From sequence record MN445185.1: a stretch of DNA of 64,000 nt; one strand, written 5' to 3'. Origin of the DNA: Escherichia phage vB_EcoM_EC001. Positions 58,547 to 64,000 of the stretch are shown here, piece after piece. Each line of letters starts with the position of its first letter. Within the stretch, counting starts at the first letter, position 1. The notes under the pieces are model-generated. The model searched no databases. It saw only the letters and a program-made list of their open reading frames with translations, and had not been told where the DNA came from. The position numbers were made by a program, and so were the translations under genes.

Positions 58547-58590
58547 CTACCCTCGCCCGTTTAGCGAGGGTAGGTATTTATTTTTTTCTT
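58547..58590 (+). terminator. rho-independent terminator
   Basis: CTACCCTCGC/GCGAGGGTAG hairpin then T-rich run. Confidence 0.75.
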
Positions 58591-58623
58591 ACGAATCGTC
58601 CACTCCGTATAGGAGGTAAGTCC

Positions 58624-59223
58624 ATGAAAAAGATTTATAAAATTGCGGTAATCGGTTCTCGGAAGACCGATGAAGATACCATGTCTGAAATGTACATGCG
58701 ATTGTTACGTGGGTTTAATGCGCTGCACGCCAAAGATTACACGATTCGTTTTTCTTCTGGCGGCTGCTGGTGTGGTCCAGACCAATTGCAATTCCGATTT
58801 GCCCGACAGTGGGCGAATACAATAGACCAAGATACCGGCAAGAAAGTGGCGTGGGATGATGAGTTCATTTGTTACCTACCCGATGAGAAAAAGCTCTGGC
58901 TCAGGAAACAGAATCCCAACGTAGAGTTCCGTGTAATCCCTCAGGATGACCGCTATCGTGAGATAGTAGGTAAGCTTCATCCCGCGCCAGAAAAGCTCCA
59001 GGAGTTCGCCTGGGCGCTTCACGGGCGTAATCTGAATATAATTATGGGCGATGATTTAGCAACGCCTGTAGACGCAGTCTATTACTCTGCGCCTTTAGAT
59101 AAACAAGGTAATCCGACCGGCGGTACTGCAATGGGCGTAAAATACGCTAAGCAGTGTGGTATTCCTTGTTACCACCATGCGCTTGAAGGACATCTGTGGC
59201 TTGAGAGCTTGTGCTTATTATGA
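58624..59223 (+). CDS. SLOG-superfamily Rossmann-fold protein (DprA/LOG-like) (199 aa)
   Basis: AGGAGG SD; IAVIGSR, SSGGCWCGPD and PTGGTAMG resemble SLOG glycine-rich loops. Confidence 0.5.
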   Translation: MKKIYKIAVIGSRKTDEDTMSEMYMRLLRGFNALHAKDYTIRFSSGGCWCGPDQLQFRFARQWANTIDQDTGKKVAWDDEFICYLPDEKKLWLRKQNPNVEFRVIPQDDRYREIVGKLHPAPEKLQEFAWALHGRNLNIIMGDDLATPVDAVYYSAPLDKQGNPTGGTAMGVKYAKQCGIPCYHHALEGHLWLESLCLL

Positions 59224-59253
59224 CCACGTTGCCTTTAATCAGAGGTCGCTATT

Positions 59254-59526
59254 ATGCAAACAACCGGTTTAGCTCGTCGTTTGTGGGAAGCCTTCTTCCC
59301 CACGCCATCAAAACCCATTAAGAAGGTGACTAGCCTTCGCTTGTTCCCAGGCACCGAGGATGAGTTCTTCGATTACCTGGAACGGCATGGTTTTGATTCG
59401 AAAGTTGCACCGCAGGAAAATGACCCAATTCAGACGGTCTACACTACACCGGATACGGGTGAAATATTTGCTTTGTGTGTTCGCTGGCCACATCGTAATT
59501 ATTACTACACTTTGACGCAGATATAA
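59254..59526 (+). CDS. hypothetical protein (90 aa)
   Basis: AGAGG SD. Confidence 0.55.
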   Translation: MQTTGLARRLWEAFFPTPSKPIKKVTSLRLFPGTEDEFFDYLERHGFDSKVAPQENDPIQTVYTTPDTGEIFALCVRWPHRNYYYTLTQI

Positions 59527-59536
59527 GGAGCAGGGG

Positions 59537-60670
59537 ATGTCGACGCTCGATTTAGATTTAGAAGTCCTGACTGACGACTACGATCGCCTGGTCGCACTCG
59601 AAGGTCTGGGAGTTAAGCCCGACTTCCCTGCGGTTTGCGCGATTCGTCAGCGTTGGTGCTTAACCGACGACGGTGAAGATATGTTGGTTGCTCGTGAATC
59701 GCGTGAAGCGATGGAGCGTGCTCAGTTTATGACTGATACCGACCCGCGAGCTGGTATCCATCGCGCAGCAGGGCGCATTACTGCGAAGGCTGTTAAAGGC
59801 GCTGGAAAGTTAGTGGGTGCTGGACTAGGTGCAACCGCAAAGGGTGCGGGTAAACTTTCGAAAAAGCTCGCATTACGCTTTTACGATTTCGCGGAAGCGC
59901 TAGCGAAAGAACAAGCCGACCGTTTGAAAGAAATAACTTCGAAAGCTGCTTTCATGGAACGTAAGCTCAATAAGCTTAAAACGCGAATGTCGCTGCTAGA
60001 TGAGCACAAAACACTCGCTGCAGTTGACGTTCACACTAGCAGCTGGACGTCTAAAATTTGTTTTGAAGATCGACCCGATTTTGAAGCGTGTGTTCGGTTT
60101 TCTAAACAAACAAATGCGTACGAAGGCGTCGTGCAAAAGTACACGGTTTACACACGCACTGCTCTGAAGAAAAGCAAAGCATTCGAAGGGCCGGGCTTAA
60201 AACAAATCAGCAAGTCCACAAACTGGGCAGTTAAGCGTGCCGCTGGATTGCTTGGCATCATCGATCCCTTTAAAAAGGTGGAAGCTTTTCCTGTTCCTGG
60301 AAATATCGTTGTGGTTGAGCACCATAGTGGTAAGATCAGTTGGGCAATTGCGCGTGACGGCGATTATGGTGAAACCATTAAATCGCTGGATATGCATCAG
60401 TGTGGGAAAGCAATAGAGGCTGTGGAAGCACTTATCAAATCTATTGCTGCGCGCGGAACAAAGAACCGTGTTGTAGGCTACACTGGTATCTACGAAGAAG
60501 TGGAAGCGATGAAGTCCGAGCTTAAGAACCTGGAAGGGGATGAGCTGAAAGAAGCCACTTTGCGCTACCGCAATGCAATGGCGATGGAAGACGCTTTTAC
60601 CACGGCATTGGTACGTGTGGCGGAGGGTCTAATGGAATGGACGAAGCAATCGCTGGCCGAGGTGAACTGA
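59537..60670 (+). CDS. hypothetical protein (377 aa)
   Basis: AAGGAG SD. Confidence 0.7.
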   Translation: MSTLDLDLEVLTDDYDRLVALEGLGVKPDFPAVCAIRQRWCLTDDGEDMLVARESREAMERAQFMTDTDPRAGIHRAAGRITAKAVKGAGKLVGAGLGATAKGAGKLSKKLALRFYDFAEALAKEQADRLKEITSKAAFMERKLNKLKTRMSLLDEHKTLAAVDVHTSSWTSKICFEDRPDFEACVRFSKQTNAYEGVVQKYTVYTRTALKKSKAFEGPGLKQISKSTNWAVKRAAGLLGIIDPFKKVEAFPVPGNIVVVEHHSGKISWAIARDGDYGETIKSLDMHQCGKAIEAVEALIKSIAARGTKNRVVGYTGIYEEVEAMKSELKNLEGDELKEATLRYRNAMAMEDAFTTALVRVAEGLMEWTKQSLAEVN

Positions 60671-61131
60671 TGAAGATTATTACCATAGTGGGGCCAGACA
60701 CGGCTAACGGCAGGAAATATTCCACAGATATCCTCGCGCTTTATAACGAGCTGGACAAAAGCGAAATAGAAAGCTATCGAAAAGAGACGGGTATTAATGT
60801 CCGTTTTACGCCGGCTAAATCGTTAGCCGAGCGCTTCCGGGGTCGTTTACTGGCGGTCGTGGACGACGGTGTCTTGTATGGCTTTGCGCAATACCGCACG
60901 ATGACTGAAGAGGGTGTGACGATGATGTCGGTATCCTCACTGGTCGTTAGCAGCAGCGCACGTGGTAAAGGTTACGGCACCGCGTTGATGGATGCGGTAA
61001 AGAAATCCGCAACGGAAAAAGGGTGTACAGTTGTTCACCTGTCCGTGAACGCCGGTAACGCTGCCGCGAAGTCGCTCTACGACAAAGCTGGCTTTAAGGT
61101 AGGTGCTTACCAGATGTATTGGAGGGTGTGA
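60670..61131 (+). CDS. GNAT family N-acetyltransferase, tandem paralog 1 (153 aa)
   Basis: Motif A ARGKGYGTALMDAV and motif B NAGNAAAKSLYDKAGF; TGATG coupling. Confidence 0.7.
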   Translation: MKIITIVGPDTANGRKYSTDILALYNELDKSEIESYRKETGINVRFTPAKSLAERFRGRLLAVVDDGVLYGFAQYRTMTEEGVTMMSVSSLVVSSSARGKGYGTALMDAVKKSATEKGCTVVHLSVNAGNAAAKSLYDKAGFKVGAYQMYWRV

Positions 61132-61595
61132 TGAAAATTGTTTTTGTCACCAAGCCCAACTCTCCGTATGGAAAGAAATACTACGCGGACTTGTTAGGAC
61201 TACACAACAAGTTATACGACGATCAGAAAATAAAACTTGCCGACTTAAACGGTCGTGAAGGGTTTAATCAAATCTCAAAACTGGAGGAGGTTTGGGGTGA
61301 AGGTACGCTGTGCGCTTGCGCCGTTGATGACCGTGGTGTGGCTGTTGGTTTCATCACCTTTGGCTACACCAAAAAGGGACAACGTTTCCTCTGGGTATAT
61401 AACTTTTTTGTAGATGAATCGGTTCGTTCACAAGGCGTTGGCCATGAACTGATCGAAGCCGTAGAGAACTATGGCAAATCAAAAGGCTGCGCATGGATGC
61501 AGCTTAACGTGCTCGGTAATAACGACCGTGCTATTGCGTTTTATGAACGTTTCGGATTCCGAACTGAATACCAGGATATGGTAAAGGAGCTTTAA
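61131..61595 (+). CDS. GNAT family N-acetyltransferase, tandem paralog 2 (154 aa)
   Basis: Motif A RSQGVGHELIEAV and motif B NNDRAIAFYERFGF; GGAGGG SD; N-terminus parallels paralog 1. Confidence 0.7.
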   Translation: MKIVFVTKPNSPYGKKYYADLLGLHNKLYDDQKIKLADLNGREGFNQISKLEEVWGEGTLCACAVDDRGVAVGFITFGYTKKGQRFLWVYNFFVDESVRSQGVGHELIEAVENYGKSKGCAWMQLNVLGNNDRAIAFYERFGFRTEYQDMVKEL

Positions 61596-61596
61596 C

Positions 61597-62205
61597 ATGG
61601 TGGCTGTCCGCAGCGTGCCACATCAGACTGGCTCGCGATATACTTTTTGTGTAAAGCGTTTCGGGGCAAGAAATCGCCCTGGTTGGAAGGTGGTACGTGC
61701 GATGGGACAGTTCTGGCAATTACCACCTGGCACGTTAAAATATTTTTCAGTAGACAGAATAACCCGGTTCTTAAACGCGGCTGACCCAAGTCAACGCTCC
61801 AGTTTTATGGCAGGGATCGTTTGTCGTCCCGATGGGAAAACACGCGATGCAACCACTCGTGGAATCTACTGGACAGGACAGAACGCGTTTCAGGTTGGCT
61901 TACCTTGCCTGAAGTGTGAAGTGACACCGTTTAATGGTCCCTACGCCGATGCGCACTTCACCGGTATCTTTGTGTCGTTCCCAGACGACCCGTCTTTAAA
62001 CTACTTTTTATCAGTGGACAAAGACGTCAGTATTGATACCTTTTACAAATACTTGTTGTTTTACAGCCGGTATATCCGCGTGACTCCTGTGCATGAAGAT
62101 TGGTATTATAAAAATCCCTTGAACTATGGGAGGGACAGGAGACTAGAAGGATGTTCTATCGAGAGCTTCAACTCTGTACCGCAGCGCTCCATGGCGCTAA
62201 TGTGA
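61597..62205 (+). CDS. hypothetical protein (202 aa)
   Basis: AAGGAG SD. Confidence 0.65.
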   Translation: MVAVRSVPHQTGSRYTFCVKRFGARNRPGWKVVRAMGQFWQLPPGTLKYFSVDRITRFLNAADPSQRSSFMAGIVCRPDGKTRDATTRGIYWTGQNAFQVGLPCLKCEVTPFNGPYADAHFTGIFVSFPDDPSLNYFLSVDKDVSIDTFYKYLLFYSRYIRVTPVHEDWYYKNPLNYGRDRRLEGCSIESFNSVPQRSMALM

Positions 62206-62522
62206 GCAAGAACGGGGACCTGGAAGACGTCGCGCAAGCCTTACGGGCTGTGTCGGAGGTTGACCAGGTCGACATCGACGCTAAGTATTTAGGCGGCGGT
62301 GTAAAGCGTATTCAGTTGACCGTGCGAGCCAAACATGGCAGCTGCTCGTTACATTTTCGAGTCAGTGCGGATTATTTCCTGGTACTGCGCTCCACATTCA
62401 GTCACGATGGTCGGACTCACCGGGTTCGGTGGATGCACGACATTACTAAATTTGGCTACCCGCTTGCAGAACAACGTAAAGTCGTACATGACTTTATGGC
62501 TGCAGTCGTTGCGGGGTTTTAA
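62151..62522 (+). CDS. hypothetical protein (123 aa)
   Basis: AGAAGG SD; overlaps upstream gene by 55 nt. Confidence 0.55.
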   Translation: MFYRELQLCTAALHGANVSKNGDLEDVAQALRAVSEVDQVDIDAKYLGGGVKRIQLTVRAKHGSCSLHFRVSADYFLVLRSTFSHDGRTHRVRWMHDITKFGYPLAEQRKVVHDFMAAVVAGF

Positions 62523-62534
62523 GGGGAGACTGTG

Positions 62535-63131
62535 ATGTCTGAGATGATTCTCGATTCGCTGTTTTTGATTACGGTTGCAAACATCAATAAAAACGGCAAT
62601 CTTCCAGAATACGTAGACATAAGTCGTCATGGCTTTAAGCGTCGTTATCAAATCGGTAAGGTACTAGAGATTGCCTGCTTAGTAACGAACATGCGTAGAC
62701 CGGTGGAAGGCTGTAGCGTTAAACATGCACAGATGATACTCGGGCGTGCTATTTCAGAAGTACGTCGTAAGCGTCGTCGTGCACCGTATCGCTTTTATCC
62801 TAACTCCACCAAACAGGTGGTCGGTGAGGGGGAAGGTGTGGTTGATTTGCGTGAGGCCAGTTGTAATGTAGGCGGTATTGCACGTGACTGGTTAATGAGC
62901 ATTATCAGTAAGCATCCACGTACACCTACGCCGCAAGAAGGACAGGCGGTACTCGCACTTATGCGTAAGACCCATTTGGTGATTACTGATACACCAAACC
63001 AGGCAGCACGAATGCAGCACTATTTGGCATGTCGTGGCTTCACCACACTTGCAGTACCTTCTGAATACACAGCTGATATTAAACTTCCGCCAGTCCCAGA
63101 TTGGTCTGAACCGACAGTTGATCATCAGTGA
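62535..63131 (+). CDS. hypothetical protein with basic RRKRRR segment (198 aa)
   Basis: AAGGGGA SD; followed by terminator. Confidence 0.65.
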   Translation: MSEMILDSLFLITVANINKNGNLPEYVDISRHGFKRRYQIGKVLEIACLVTNMRRPVEGCSVKHAQMILGRAISEVRRKRRRAPYRFYPNSTKQVVGEGEGVVDLREASCNVGGIARDWLMSIISKHPRTPTPQEGQAVLALMRKTHLVITDTPNQAARMQHYLACRGFTTLAVPSEYTADIKLPPVPDWSEPTVDHQ

Positions 63132-63137
63132 GTTATA

Positions 63138-63174
63138 CCCACTCCTTCGGGAGTGGGTCGACTCTATTTTTTTT
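63138..63174 (+). terminator. rho-independent terminator
   Basis: CCCACTCC-TTCG-GGAGTGGG hairpin, T8 run after an 8-nt gap. Confidence 0.55.
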
Positions 63175-63175
63175 G

Positions 63176-63197
63176 GATAGATGTTATCTTAGGGAGA
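63176..63197 (+). promoter_or_regulatory. phage promoter-like motif, class II (GATAGATGTTATCTTAGGGAGA)
   Basis: 21/23 identical to 42671..42693; abuts the terminator T-run; 95 nt upstream of ATG 63292. Confidence 0.55.
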
Positions 63198-63221
63198 CGT
63201 GCAAAAATTACGTTTCATCCT

Positions 63222-63233
63222 TAGCATATGCTA
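63222..63233. other. perfect 12-bp palindrome TAGCATATGCTA in the leader
   Basis: Read directly; between the promoter motif and ATG 63292. Confidence 0.5.
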
Positions 63234-63291
63234 GAAGCCGTTGTGAGTCGGTTAAAACTCACCAACTTAAACTTAAAAGCGAGTAAACAAA

Positions 63292-64000
63292 ATGTCAAAA
63301 CTCAATAAAGCAGCAACCAAAGAATGGCTTTCCGTACCTACCGCAGATGGTCAGTATCGCTACGTATTCACGTATGACGAAAATGACCTGACGGCAAAAG
63401 GTATTCCGCACATGTTAAGTCACAAACTGATTAACAGCGTGACCGGTGCCACCTTAGTAGGTTCCGGCGGAAGGACAATCTTTTGTGCCCCCAGTTGGGA
63501 TCAAACTGAACTGACCAAGAAAATGCTCGGTGAACTCCGGGCGGTTTCCGCACGTCTGTTCTTTAAGCTGATTGCCAGAAAACCGGCGCTATGGGATGCA
63601 TGGTCTCAACACAATCTCGAGGCATTGCGTGGGGAGTGTCTGAATTACGTATTGGTCGAAGAAGTGATTGATAACTTCTTCGCTAACGTGATGAAAACCG
63701 AACGACTGCGTAAGCCGAACACCGACGGTTATTCGTTTGTCTCCGTTAAGAGCAGCGAACTGATTCGGGGTGAGTTTGCAGGGCATGTCCTTTCGGTAAC
63801 TCGGAACCTGAGTTTCTTTGGCCAGCCTTTCAGTGAGCCAGTTGTTCAGGTAACTTATGATTTCCGTTTACCGTTTACTGTTCGGAATGAGTTTGACCCA
63901 GGTCAAGTTTCGTTGAAGTTTTTATATCCTCTCCAGTCATGGCCGTTATTGAAGAGGTTCTTAGCTGAGCCCCGTGTAGCTGCGGTGCTGCAAGCGTGGA
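63292..64000 (+). CDS. hypothetical protein, 3'-truncated by window edge (>=236 aa)
   Basis: ATG 63292; frame translated by hand to the window end with no stop; absent from the ORF track. Confidence 0.6.
   Translation, partial: MSKLNKAATKEWLSVPTADGQYRYVFTYDENDLTAKGIPHMLSHKLINSVTGATLVGSGGRTIFCAPSWDQTELTKKMLGELRAVSARLFFKLIARKPALWDAWSQHNLEALRGECLNYVLVEEVIDNFFANVMKTERLRKPNTDGYSFVSVKSSELIRGEFAGHVLSVTRNLSFFGQPFSEPVVQVTYDFRLPFTVRNEFDPGQVSLKFLYPLQSWPLLKRFLAEPRVAAVLQAW

Noticed and set aside
1-64000. CRISPR arrays, insertion sequences, integrase or attachment sites, rRNA
   Set aside because: No regularly spaced direct repeats, no transposase or integrase motifs and no rRNA-like sequence were seen.

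Overview
This 64 kb window is densely packed, mostly plus-strand, and has the organisation of a large tailed-phage (probably jumbo-phage) genome; no rRNA, tRNA, CRISPR array or transposon was found. I call 67 protein-coding genes (two truncated by the window edges) with short or overlapping junctions (TAATG, TGATG, ATGA), E. coli-like Shine-Dalgarno sites and about 18 intrinsic terminators, most with UUCG-type tetraloops. Products supported by motifs: an SF2 DExH helicase whose P-loop is split by a LAGLIDADG intein; an N-terminal fragment of a family-B DNA polymerase; dihydrofolate reductase; a RuvC-like resolvase; an HExxH metallopeptidase-like protein; three GNAT acetyltransferases; and a SLOG/DprA-like protein. 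Codon bias suggests three abundant virion proteins: a 766-aa candidate major capsid protein and two tandem 42-kDa paralogs. The most striking non-coding signal is a phage-specific promoter-like motif family (consensus about AGATAkATATTAyCTwAGGkGA) found five times, always just downstream of a terminator and upstream of an operon. The region 55.8-63.1 kb is an accessory island of small genes. Assignment to a phiKZ-like (nucleus-forming) jumbo phage of an enterobacterial host is an inference from memory, not a database result. All calls are from reading the sequence and the ORF track; no searches were run.
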